Shown here piece by piece: positions 23,913-36,244 of a stretch of DNA of 64,000 nucleotides. Origin of the DNA: Malacoraja senta (taxonomy: Eukaryota). The first letter of the stretch is position 1, and every line of letters begins with the position of its first letter. The stretch is from contig CM075989.1 in assembly GCA_038087875.1 (NCBI GenBank), forward strand, positions 24,058,001-24,122,000, written 5' to 3'. The notes below the pieces were generated by a model that was not told the origin of the DNA, ran no database searches, and saw nothing but the letters and a program-made list of their open reading frames with translations. A program made the translations under genes and the position numbers.

Positions 23913-25052
23913 TAAGCCATAGGAGGACAATTTGCCCTTTTGGCCCATAGAGTCTACTCCACCATTCATTTATGGCTGATCTATCTTTCCCTCTCAACCC
24001 CATTCTCCTGCCTTCTCCCCATAATCTTAGAGACCCTTACTAATCAAGAATTTGTTAATTAATCTCCACCTTAAAAATACCCAATGACTTGGCCTCTGCA
24101 GCCATCTGTGGCAATGAATTCCACAGATTCACCACCCTCGGACTAAAGAAATTTGTGAGTTAGCTGATGATTTTACAAAACCTTAAACTGTCGCATGGCT
24201 GGCTGGCTGCGCATGGGATCTGTTGCATCCAATCTACTAATGACGTACTGCATGTTTATCTCTTAACGGCCTCTCATTAAATTAACAAGGCTTGGAATCC
24301 CAATTTAAAATACTCATAAAGCAGGCACACAATTTAGTCCTCATTTACAGGACAATTGGGAAAAGGAAAATAAATAGACTTTCCAGAACTAAGGTGAAAA
24401 AGTTGAAGGATGATTGGCCACATTTGCCATCAATATCGTAACATTTGTTTCTGCATAAGTGATGATTGTCTTCAGGTGAGTGGGGGATTCCATTATCTAA
24501 ATTATTTATTCAAGTAATTGGATTAAGGCTCAATTATTCAATTACTTGAATCTGAAATGATTTAAGTTTGTTCTCTGGTAAACATTGTTGTGTTGCTTGC
24601 TTGCAAAAAGGACATTTTGTTATCTGACTTCTCCCTCGTGTTCCTGCAAAGTCAATACTGTGATATCAGGTAACACTGCCGTGGCTATTTGGTGCCAGAA
24701 TTACAAGTGTGTTTTTAACTGTGTCAATAACTTCCAGTCGACTCTAGTGCGACAAAACAAACCTTTATTCTTTCAAATTGTCAATTATTTTAATAGATTG
24801 TAATTTTCTTGCTTTTTTATTTTACTTTGACTAAATTTATTTTCCTTTTCAAACCTCTTTATTTCTAATTTCCTATTTAATTCTTAATCTTTTAATGTCA
24901 TTGGTTAAGGAGACGTGCAATTGATTTCCATTTCCTGATATCTTTAGTTTTTTTTATTGAATCCATGAAATAACTGCACTTTGGCTTCCCACGGTTGATA
25001 TTCCAACATCTTAAATGATCACATTCCAAAGCTCCTCACTATTTAGTGTGAT

Positions 25053-25355
25053 GGGCAGCCCGGTGTTAGAGTTGTTGCACTATAGCACCAGAGACCCGGG
25101 TTCGATCTTATCTACAGGTGCTGTCTGTGCGGAGTTTGTACGATCTCCCTGTGACTGCGTGGGTTTTCTCCGGGTGCTCCGGTTTCCACCCACACTCCAA
25201 AGGTGTACAGGTTTGTCGGTTAAATTGGCTTTGGTAGAATTGTAATTTGTACCTAGTTTGTAGGATAGTGCTGGTGTACAGGGATCATTGGTTGGTGACC
25301 TCTGTGGGCTGAAGGGCCTGTTTCTGCACTGGATCTCAAAAAAAATAAGCTAAAC
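25053..25355 (+). mobile_element. HE1-type V-SINE
   Basis: ccagagacccgggttcgatc B-box, V-domain ctccgggtgctccggtttcc, tail. Confidence 0.85.
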
Positions 25356-26609
25356 TCATCCAATGACTTATTGTGCAAAAGATATTTTGAACTGGAGTGT
25401 AAGGGCAAATCTAAATCCTAACATGTCATTGGAATTACTGTCACAACAAATTCTAGCCTCTAATTGTTTTATATATAGAGCAGGTTAATGTTTTTATTAC
25501 AGAATTGGAAACATTTCGACAATTCTTATTTGAAGAAGGGTCCTGGCCTGAAATGCGACCTGTCCTTTCCCTTTGCAGATACTACCTGACCACCTGGGTT
25601 ACTCCAGCAATTTTTGTACAGGATTCCTACATCTGCAGTTCCTTGTTGTTCTCTCATGTTCGTATTGTCTGTGTTCCTACACTTTCCCCAGGAGCAAGGC
25701 AGTTAAAAATATAATTTACATTCATTGAAGACTATCATTCTTATCCACCGCGATAAGATTTTGCTAAATATCTGAATCTTCTCATGTGTGTCTTCCATGT
25801 TACATCAATGATATTAATTACAAAGATCACGTGGAGATAATGGTTGAAGCCATTATACATATAGCATAGAGGATGTAATGGGGAGAATAATTCTTGGAAT
25901 TGTAGTCCCAAGATAAGGAAGGCATTGATCCATTCAATAGACAATAGGTGCAGGAATAGACCATTCAGCCCCTTGAGCCAGCACTGCCATTCAATGTAAT
26001 CATGGTTGATTATCCACAATCAATACCCCGTTCCTGCCTTCTCCCCATATCCCTTGACCGCTATCTTTAAGAGCTCTGTCTAGCTCTCTCTTGAAAGCAT
26101 CCAGAGAACTAGCCTCCACAGCCCTCTGAGGCAGAGAATTCAATATGGTTGGAGTTAGTACTGTTTTATTCTTTCCTGCACCCTGGCAATTTTCTTTCAC
26201 CTTCAGGTATTTTTCTTATTCCTGTTCACTTCACGCTGAGCACAAATGACCAGGTTAATCTCGGTTTCTGAACATTTAACAAAAGCACAGGAGACAGAAA
26301 GGGTGGCAAAGAGGCTGGAGGTTGCAGGAATGTAATTACAGAGACTATGCTTGTTGTGTGTCATTTACCTACCGTTGGGCAGACAGGTTAATTGAGGAAT
26401 GATATGACCTTGAAGGAGTTGTAGATGAATCACCCCAACACCTTGCTCACTTTGCAATGGCGGAGCTGGCTGTTGCAACGATTGTTTTGTCAGCTGGTGT
26501 GGAATATGCTGAAGATCATCTAGCTTTATATCTGCAGAAAAGAGGTCAGCAGTGTTGTTTCATAGTGAAACCAATATACTGGGGAGGCTGTTCTTATCTC
26601 CAAATACCT

Positions 26610-27152
26610 AGTTTAGAGATACAGTATGGCAACAGGCTCTTCGGCCCATCCAGTCCGCACTAACCAGAGATCCCCGCACACAAGCACTATCCCACACTAG
26701 GGATCATTTACATTTTTTACCAAAGCCAATTAACCCACAAACCTGTGCATCTTCTGAGTGGGAGGAAACTGAAGGAAACGTAGACATAGAAACATAGAAA
26801 ATAGGTGCAGGAGGAGGCCATTCGGCCCTTCGAGCCAGCCCGCCATTCATTGTGATCATGGCTGATCGTCCCCTATCAATAACCCGTGCCTGCCTTCTCC
26901 CCATATCCCTTGACTCCACTAGCCCCTCGAGCTCTATCTAACTCTCTCTTAAATCCATCCAGTGACTTGGCCTCCACTGCCCTCTGTGGCAGGGAATTCC
27001 ATAAATTCACAACTCTCTGGGTGAAAAAGGACCTGGAGAAAACCCACTCGGTCACGGCGAGAACGTACAAACTGCTTAGACGGCACCTGTGGTCAGGATC
27101 GAATCCGTGTCTCTGGCGCTGTGAGGCAGCAACTCTACCGCTGTGCCACCAT
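26610..27152 (-). mobile_element. V-SINE interrupted by a CR1 3' end (~26781-27028)
   Basis: FFTQRVVNLWNSLPQRAVEAKSLDGFKRELD embedded between the SINE halves. Confidence 0.8.
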
Positions 27153-27741
27153 GCTGTCCTTGGTGTTTTCTGCATCCACACAGTCATTGAGACCTCAGGC
27201 ATGAGTAGTTTAATTTTGTTTAGTTTTTTGTCATGTGTACAGACGTGCAGTGGAAAAGTGCTAACCAGTCAGTGTAAAGACAATAGATGATTACAATTGA
27301 GCCATCCATAATGTATAGATGAATTAAAGCATTGCTGGAAATATTTAATGACACCTAGTGCTGGAGTAACTCCGTGGGTCAGGCAACATCTCTGGACGAC
27401 ATGGATAGGTGCTGTTTTGGGTTGGGACCCTTCTTCAGACTGAAGTGTTTTGCTTAAGATTCTAGCATCTGTAGTTCCTTGTGTGTTCATTTATTAAAGG
27501 GCTGACTCAAAGAACTGTAGCTACTGGTTTCCTGACATTGTAGTGGGGTTGGGGGGGGGGGGGAAAGAGAGATCTGGAAAGGAGCTGGATACAAATGAGG
27601 GGGAGTTTGATAAAGCAGAAGGTGGACAAAGGCTTGATATGAAATGCAGTCAAAAGGGTGTCAGATGAGGAGATAAGAGGGAAATGTCAAGCAAGGTGGT
27701 GGGGGGGGGGTATAATGGAAGGGGGGAAAGGGAAATATTTA

Positions 27742-28004
27742 AGAAAGAACTGCAGATGCTGGATAAAATCAAATGTAGATGCAATGCTGGAGTAACTCAG
27801 TGGGAGCGGCAGCAACTATGGGAGAAGCAATGGGTGACGATTCGGGTCGAGACCCTTCTTCAGACTGATGTCGGCAGGGGTGGCGGTGGCCCTCCCTCCC
27901 CCGACATCAGTCTGAAGAAGGGTCTCAACCCAAAACGTCACCCATTCCTTCTCTCCATAGATGCTGCCTCACCCACTGAGTTACTCCAGCATTGTGTGTC
28001 TACC
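27742..28004 (-). mobile_element. PLE-derived fold-back with two degenerate hammerhead motifs
   Basis: Inverted arms around ~27875-27900; 14-bp TSD aagggaaatattta at 27728-27741 and 28005-28018. Confidence 0.85.
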
Positions 28005-29086
28005 AAGGGAAATATTTAGTTGTTCAGTGGTGTTTATGAAGACAATGTTTTGGGTTGATCTTTTTTCATAACTATGAAAAAGTCAATTAAATTCCAGGGT
28101 GCAGAATAAGCTGGGAGAAGAGAACAGAAGAAGTGTGTGAGATAAGATGGAATATAGAAGAGAGAAGGCCAACCGTGAGTTAGCTTAGTGACGGATTATG
28201 GTGAAGTGGTCTGGAGGCAGTGTAAACAAGATAAGAATATAATTGGAAATTGTGAATGCTGGAAAGGTGATAAACTAAGGGTGCAATTAATGTTTATCTA
28301 AAATTGAGTCTGGAGGGCTGTACTGATTTTGATTGGAAAGTGGCATCTTGCATTCATAATAGATTTATCAACAGAAATGTCAGGAGCCTTGCAAAGGACT
28401 GTAAATATGCAACTTAAGAGTTATATTTGCATTGTAACTTCACAAATAGTTAATCAGAAGGAGCCATTAAATCTGTGTTGGTGGCATTTGGTGAATGTCA
28501 TCCAGGATGCATGGACCTGATTGGATTTGAACAGATTTTTGATAAATTTAACGCCTACTCACTAGGGCGGAAGAACTGTCCAATTTACACTTCAGAGATA
28601 CAGCGTGGAAATGGGTCCTTCAGCCCACCGAGTCTGTGCTGACCAGCAATCACCCCATACACTAGCACCATCCTACACACCAGAGCCAATTTACAATTAT
28701 ACCAAGCCAATTAACCTACAAACCTGTAGGGCTTTGGAGTGTGAGAGGAAACCGGAGCACCTGGAGAAAAGCCAATTAACAATGGAACTTCAAACTCCAT
28801 TCAGCGCTTGGTGTGTGTATATGTGTGTGTGTTCCTGCTTTGCCAAGAGCTCCTCACAGTTCAGTCCTACCCCTCTCCCATAACATTTCAAGTTTGTACT
28901 CCAATTTCATGCACAAGTTTTCTCGTTTCTGATTCTATCAGTCTTGGAGTTAAACAGCAGGAAAACAGACCATTTGGCCCAACTTGCCCATCATGCCAAT
29001 CACGTTGCCACGGGCTAGTTCCATTGGGCCCATATTCCACTTAACCTTTCCTATTTACATACTTGTCCAAGTGTCTATTAAACATG

Positions 29087-29353
29087 AGAGATGAGGAAAC
29101 ACTTTTTCACACATAGTTGTGAGTCTGTGGAATTCTCTGCCTCGGAGGGTGGTGGAGGCTGGTTCTCTGGATACTTTCAAGAGAGATAGATAGGGCTCTT
29201 AAAGATAGTGGAGTCAGGGGATATGGGGAGAAGGCAGGAACGGGGTACTGATTGTGGATGATCAGCCATGATCACATTGAATGGTGGTGGGACTAGTGTT
29301 GATGAGACGACACAAGTTGCCGAATGGCCTACTCCTGCCCCTATTGTCTATTG
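29087..29353 (+). mobile_element. CR1-type LINE 3' end
   Basis: gagatgaggaaacactttttcac...ctattgtctattg tail. Confidence 0.8.
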
Positions 29354-31079
29354 TTTTAGATGACGTGTGCCAAATTTAAATGCACCGCTATGAATACCTC
29401 TCGTCATCACTCCATTTTTAATTTTCCAATTATTTCAAGTCCATGCCTTGTGGTTATCTTTCCATTTGTCAGAATTAATCATTTCTCATCAAATCCAGTC
29501 ATAACAAATCCAAGTCTCACATTAATCTGTAACTTGAGGAGAACACTCCTCGTTTCTTGAGCGTCTCCAGATAATGAGATTCTCTCATCCACGATTATCA
29601 TCTTACTAAACCCCTCCTGAACTGTGCAGGATGCTCAAGGTGAGATGAAACTGGAGATGTGTAAAGATTAACACAAATTCCATGCTTTTGTGTTCAATAC
29701 CCCACTTTGAATATCCAAATACTATGTTCACTTTATCAGCTTATCAACTTGCCCGACCACCTTGCGATTTTGCAAATATGCACACTGGTCCCTCTGTTCT
29801 TACAACCCCTTCAACCTGGCAGCATTAACGGTTTATTCCTCAATAAATTAAGTTAGATATTGCGTTTGTGGCTAAAGGAATCATGGGATGTGGGGAGAAA
29901 GCAGGAACGGGGTACTGATTCTGGATGATCAGCCATGATCAAAGATTATCTTTGGCCATGATCATATCGAATGGCGGTGCTGGCTCGAAGGGCCGAATGG
30001 CCTACTCCTGCACCTTTTTTCTATGTTTCTAAAGCCGCAACAAACTATTGTTAACGGGGCTTTCACAATCTGTGTCATATCTGAACAGGATCAAGCAATA
30101 AACAGGAAGAACTAATGCGTTGGTTGTGTGTAGGATCTGGTTTGTGGTGTGTGCATTATCCAACCGTGTGAATGCATTTTTTGCGTGAATGCAATAAATT
30201 GTTTGTGTCTTTTTATTGGGAGTGGAGGAGGGGGGGGGGGGGGGGGGGAGAGACAAATGTGGTAACAGGTTGCTGTTCATTCCAAACTATTTCAGTAGGA
30301 CAATAGATTAATGACCTTAAAACAGTAAATGTTTTTATTTTAAGTCATGAATAAAACCCCCACTAGGCATCTCCCTCTGAAAAATAGACCGGTAACTGAT
30401 TTATGATGTAAGGACTACAGTTACTTTCCCCCTCGTTACCATGTTTTATTGGACCAGGTACATGGTTGAGAGGGATATGGGCCAAACACGAGCAGGTGGG
30501 ACTAGTGTTGATGAGACGGCACAAGTTGAACAACAGTTATTGATTTTTAGGTGGACAGAAATGCTGGAGAAACTCAGCGGGTCCTCGAGGCAGCATTTAT
30601 GGAGCGAAGGAAATAGGCAACGTTTCGGATTATTACCGTCTGAAAATTGGTTCCAACCAGTAACGTCACCTATCCATGTTCTCCAGAGATACTGTCTGAC
30701 CCGCTGAGTTACTCCAGCACCCTGTGTCTATCTTCGGTATAAACCCGCATCTGTAGTTCCTTCCTACAGTTTTATTAAAGTTATTTTTATAGTTTATATT
30801 TAGAGTTTAGAAAAGCGATTATTGTCACATTTACCGAGGTACAGTGACAAGTTGTTTTTCTACTTGCTAGCGGAAAGGCTACATGATGTAAGGACACCTT
30901 GAAACCTTGATTACACCCGAGCGTGAATACTTGTTTTTAGGTGAAGAAGGGTCTCGACCCCAAACATCGCCCATTCCTTCTCTCCAGAGACGCTCCCTGA
31001 GTTACTCCAGCACCTTGTGTCTATCTTCGTTGTAAACCCGTATCTGCAGTTCCTTCTTACACATGAATATAGTTTTCGT

Positions 31080-31950
31080 GCCTTAACTCGGCCACGGCCA
31101 CAGAGGAAGAATGACCCGCCTCGCTGCTGCCGGCTGCCTCTGAATCGGAATGCTTTTTCTTTCGCAGCTTGTATCGGGGCTATTCTTTTCCCCTGTACAT
31201 CGGGGCTGGCTGCAGGCAGAGGGGGCCGGCTCTGAGCCGTGTAACACCCTCCCACTGCCCAGCCTCTGCGAGTTCTGCGGCGCTGGCTCTCTCTCTCGCT
31301 CTCTCTCGCTCTGTGTGTGTGTGTGTGGGTGGGTGTGAGTGTGGGGGTGAGTGAGTGTGAAGGCGCTCCGGGGGCTCGCAGTCTGAGGGCTGTGTGCAGG
31401 AGCGGCAGCAGAGAGAGAGGCTCGCTGGAGTGAGCAGTGTGTAGTAGAAGTGACAGCGCCGGTGACTTCACTACCTTCAACACACACACACTATCTAGGC
31501 TGGAGGATTCTGATGCGGTGGCCAATTTGCGGCTTATTGTACGCGGCGAAGCTGCGTTAGTGGGGACAGGTCCTAACGGCATTGACGGGTAAGATCTCAA
31601 TCTGTCGTGTGTGTGTGTGTGTTGATTGCACTATTCAGAGACTGGTGTCCAGAGAATAAACAGCCAGTAGACCGGGCATGTATTGCTGGATCCGCTGGTC
31701 TTTAGACCTGTGCAGAGATTGTGTGTGAAGGCGGCTAAGCGGGCTGGTCTCAATGCACCGGGAGGTTGCGGCTGGTCTTCAGCGTTCTTGCTACATTGCG
31801 GGCGGTTCGCAGCCCACCCTTGGGCGCTCTCGGCTCGGTGTGAGCGAACACGGAGGGAGCGCCCCTTCCCGATTGTTCTACCAGGTTTTGACAACAAATG
31901 TGTTTTGTTTTCCGCCAACTTAATCACCTGTGTGGTCCGGGCACGGCTAA
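31080..31950 (+). promoter_or_regulatory. CpG-island-like promoter / first-exon region of a host gene
   Basis: Non-repetitive CpG-rich stretch in an otherwise CpG-poor window; (CT)n/(GT)n tracts; strong donor ACGG|GTAAGA at 31588/31589. Confidence 0.75.
31270..31588 (+). other. Probable non-coding exon 1 (5' boundary uncertain), containing uORF 31513-31560
   Basis: Ends at a consensus GTAAG donor; the 723-bp intron ends at tttaatatatttag (32311). Confidence 0.55.
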
Positions 31951-32337
31951 ATAAAGAAGAGGGGTCTCGACCCCGAAACGTCACCCACTCCTTCTCTCCA
32001 GAGATGCTGCCTGTCCCACTGAGTTACTCCAGCATTTTGTGTCTATCTTCGATTTGAACCAGCATCTGCAGTTCCTTAGTTGTTGCACAAAATACCAAGT
32101 TTGGCAGGTCCCACCCTGTCCGGAGTGGAGGAAGGAACTGCAGATGCTGGTTTAATCGAAGATAGACACAAAATGCTGGAGTAACTCAGCGGGACAGGCA
32201 GCATCTCTGAGAGAAGGAATGGGTGACGTTTCGGGTCGAGACCCTTCTCAATTCGGGGAAGGGGGACTGGTCGGCGTGTGAATGCTGAAATGTTTTATTT
32301 AATATATTTAGATTACTTGGAGCGTGGAGCTTTCACC

Positions 32338-32400
32338 ATGAAGCTGATCCTTCAGGTCTTCGTGTCTGCGCTTCTAACGTGTGTGTTTCCCCTGGTACAG
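32338..32400 (+). CDS. First coding exon (exon 32312-32400) encoding signal peptide MKLILQVFVSALLTCVFPLVQ of a secreted or membrane protein
   Basis: Kozak-like ttcaccATG; basic-hydrophobic-polar signal pattern; consensus CAG|GTAAGA phase-0 donor; AG acceptor 26 nt upstream of the ATG; directly downstream of the CpG island. Gene identity not established. Confidence 0.75.
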
Positions 32401-32744
32401 GTAAGACTTGTCAGTTGGAGGTGTGGTGAGAAGATGCATGTCGCTGTCACTGAAGGGTCTCGACCCGAAACGTCACCCATTGCTTCTCTCCGCAGATGCT
32501 GCCTGCCTGTCCCGCTGAGTTACTCCAGCTTCTTGTGTCTATCTCCGTGTGTTGCATTGTAACTGCTCTGTGTATTTGCATTACCCTTCTTCATCACACG
32601 AGCACGCTGCAAGTGATGCACATGCCTGATTGGGTGCAAGTGTGCCAGGGCAGATGTTCCACTGGCCAGCTGTTGTCATAAGGTCCTACGGAATAGGAGT
32701 AGAATTAGGCCATTCGGCCCATCAAGTCTACTCCGCCATTCAAC

Positions 32745-33279
32745 CATAGATACATAGATACATAGAAAATAGATGCAGGAGTGGGCCATTCGGCCCTTCG
32801 AGCCTGCACCGCCATTCAATATGATCATGGCTGATCATCCAACTCGGTATCCCGTACCTGCCTTCTCTCCATACCCCATGATCCCTTTAGCCACAAGGGC
32901 CACATCTAACTCCCTCTTAAATATAGCCAATGAACTGGCCTCAACTACCCTCTGTGGCAGAGAGTTCCAGAGATTCACCACTCTCTGTGTGAAAACGTTT
33001 TTCCTCATCTCGGTCTTAAAGGATTTCCCCCTTATCCTTAAGCTGTGACCCCTTGTCCTGGACTTCCCCAACATCGGGAACAATCTTCCTGCATCTAGCC
33101 TGTCCAACCCCATAAGAATTTTGTACGTTTCTATAAGATCCCCTCTCAATCTCCTAAATTCTAGCGAGTATAAGCCAAGTCTATCCAGTCTTTCTTCATA
33201 TGAAAGTCCTGACATCCCAGGAATCAGTCTGGTGAACCTTCTCTGCACTCCCTCTATGGCTATAATGTCCTTCCTCAGA
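32745..33279 (-). mobile_element. Young CR1/HER1-type LINE 3' end nested in an older CR1 tail (32678-33300)
   Basis: ORF 32835-33248; the outer element is collinear as ttcaacca|tggctgatctatctctcc. Confidence 0.9.
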
Positions 33280-33831
33280 TGGCTGATCTATCTCTCCATC
33301 CTAAAGTCTAGATCATCTAAAGCAAATCTGAGGAAACAAACGAGGCTTGTGGGTTGCCTGAGGGAAAACTTGGGACTGGAATAATCTTTCAATGTGTTGT
33401 ATCTTTTCCAGGATTGGGATAAATTAAGACATGTTTGATGGATTTACAAAGAGGGTGGTGGATGCCTGGGATGGTGGTGGATGCAGATACAGTAGGGGCA
33501 CCAGAGGCTTTTAGACAGACACGTGTGAATATGGATCACGAGCAGGCAGAGGAGATTAGTTCTAGCTGGCATCATGTTCAGTACAGACATTGTGGGCCAA
33601 AGGGCCTGTTTCTGTGCTGTATTGTTCTACGTTCAATATTTCTGTGATTTGGGAATACTCAATATAAATGGTATTTTCTGAAGAGTGAGCCAAAGTGCTG
33701 GAAGTCACTCAACGGGTCAGGCAGCATCTCTGGAGGAAAAGGGTGGGTGCTGTTTCGGGTTGGGACTCTTCTTCAAAGAAGCACTTTTGTGCCAATCATT
33801 TGGTATAAACCAGCATCTTTTTAATTGGGCA

Positions 33832-34085
33832 TAGTTTAGAGGTACAGTGTGGAAACTGGCCCACTGAGTCCGCACCGACCAGCGATCCCCACACACTAAC
33901 ACTATCCTACACACATTGTGGGAAACCAAGCCAATCTTTGGAATGTGGAATGAAACCAAAGATCTCAGAGTAAACCAATGCGGTCACAAGGAGAATGTAC
34001 AAACTCCATACAGACAGCACCCATAGTCAGGATCGAACCCGTGTCTCCGATGCTGTAAGGCAGCAACTCTACCGCTGTGCCGCCC
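33832..34085 (-). mobile_element. HE1-type V-SINE
   Basis: Head, V-domain and tail on the minus strand. Confidence 0.8.
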
Positions 34086-34565
34086 AGCTGCAGTTCTTTG
34101 TTTCTATTTTCTGAAGGGTGTTGAGTTTAAGGCACTTGATCGGTTTACTCTGCAATGCACAACTGCTGGTGTCAGTCAGGTGCCTTTGCAGGAACTGGAG
34201 TAGGTCACCTGGCCCCTTGTGTCTGTCCTGCCATTCACTCTGCTCCTGACTAATCTTTTGACCTAATTCTGATTAACTGCCTCTCCTTCATTTCCTTCAT
34301 GAATTTGCTTGAAGACCAATCCATCTCAGTTTTAAAATAAACAATTTACCTTTCATCGATTTGTCATTGGTGGAATAGAGTTTCAAACTTTACCAGCAGA
34401 AATATTTCCCACTTTCCTTTCTGTCGAGCTGGTCTTTAACCCTTTCCTCCCCAACGAAAAAATGTTTTCTCTCCAACTGTTCTACCTATTTCCTTCATGT
34501 CATGAAAAACCTTGTTCAAGACTTCCCTTGACCTTTTCAATGTGAGTGACTCCAGCATGGTTTGT

Positions 34566-34707
34566 TTTAGAAAGAACTGCAGATGCTGGAAAAATCGATG
34601 GAAGACAAAAATGCTGGAGAAACTCAGCGGTTGAGGTGAAGAAGGGTCTCCACCCGAAACGTTGTGTATTCCTTCGCTCCATAGATGCTGCCTCACTCAC
34701 TGAGTTC
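34566..34707 (-). mobile_element. PLE-derived fold-back micro-insert
   Basis: 16-bp TSD ctccagcatggtttgt at 34550-34565 and 34708-34723. Confidence 0.8.
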
Positions 34708-34754
34708 CTCCAGCATGGTTTGTATAGTTTCTTTGTAATTTAACATCTGGCATA

Positions 34755-35212
34755 AACACAGAAAATGGGTGCAGGAGTAGCACATTTGGCTCTTCGAGCC
34801 AGCAATATGATCATGGCTGTTCATCCAAAATCAGTAACCTGTTCCTGCTTTCTCCCCATATCCCTTGATTCCTTTAGCACTAAGAGCAATATCTAACTCT
34901 CTTGAAAACATTCAGTGAATTGGCCTCCACTGCCTTCAGTGGCAGCAAATTCCACAGATTCACAACTCTCTGGGTGAAAAAAAAAGTCCTCATCTCAGTC
35001 CTAAATGGCCGACCCCTTTTTCTTAAACTGTGAAACCCCTGGTCCCCCAACATCGAAAACATTTTTCCTGCATCTACCGTGCCCAATCCCTTAAGGATTG
35101 TATATATTTCTTTACGATCCCCTCTCATCCTTCTAAATTCCAGTGAATACAAGCCCAGTCGACACATTCTTCCATCATATGTCAGTCCCAACATCCCATA
35201 AATAACCTGGTA
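34755..35212 (-). mobile_element. CR1-type LINE 3' end
   Basis: GLTYDGRMCRLGLYSLEFRRMRGD (ORF 34880-35194). Confidence 0.88.
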
Positions 35213-35447
35213 TCATTTGTGCACATCTATGCTGCAACCCCTTAAAGGTTCACAACTGAAACCTAGCTTGTGTTTGTGCAGTGTAATCCAGTGGTCTTAG
35301 ATTCAATCATTCACTTACTAACCTCTTGTGATCTTTGTTTTGTACTGCGTGCAGCGTTTGGTTTGCAGATATATCATGGAAACAAGCCCTTCGACCCACT
35401 GAGTCTGTGCTGACCATAGACTCGGGATAATTTACATCATCTATCCA

Positions 35448-35712
35448 TGTTTAGTTTGGAGATCGTGTGGAAACAGGCCCTTCAGCCCACTGAGTCTGTG
35501 CTGACCATCGATCGCCTGTACATCAGTTCCATCCTACACACATGGCACAATTTACAGAAGCTAATTAACCTGCACGTCTTTGGGACATGGGAGGAAACCG
35601 GAGCACCCGGGGAAAACCCATACGGTCACAGGGAGAATGTACAAACTCTGTACAGACAGCCCTCAAACCCGGGTCGCTGACGCTGTAAGGCAGCAACTCG
35701 ATCACTGCCACC
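35448..35712 (-). mobile_element. HE1-type V-SINE
   Basis: V-domain ggaggaaaccggagcacccgg on the + strand is the reverse complement of the consensus. Confidence 0.8.
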
Positions 35713-36244
35713 CATAAGAAATGTTGTCCACCTTTCTGTCATTGGCAAACTTGGGTATGTGGTGTTCTTGTTGGATGTCATTCATAAAGCAAGTGAATGG
35801 TGGAGGATCAGCAGAGGCTCTTCCATGTCACTACTGGGCCCATTCCCCTCAATTATCATTATATTCTTTCTCCTGCCACTTGCAGCCTTTTGAAAACGGA
35901 CAAATTTGGTTTTGCTGACACCTCATGAATGCTCCCCCCTGGTTCTTACCCCCATTGTGTTACAGTAATGTTCTGCAGCTGCACGTTCTGAGATGTGAAG
36001 CAGATCACCTAGGCAGTGGAAAACAAAATCCCTGTCTGGGTCCCCTCTATCTGACAGCTCGCACGAGTTCCCAATGTCAATGGTCATCATTGGAAGCAAT
36101 TGGGAGGGGAGGCGGGGGGAGTGCATATAATTTCAAAACAATATTCATTAATAGAACTATGCTTAGAAATATCATCAATGAAAATTAGTTTTCTTTAAAT
36201 TATCTGTTCAAAGAAGGTCAGTGACCCCTTTAAATTTGAAGACC

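Noticed and set aside
30911..31600. 229-aa minus-strand ORF over the CpG island
   Set aside because: Low-complexity translation of GT/CT tracts running into a PLE fragment; GC-rich DNA is stop-poor; splice signals point to a + strand gene
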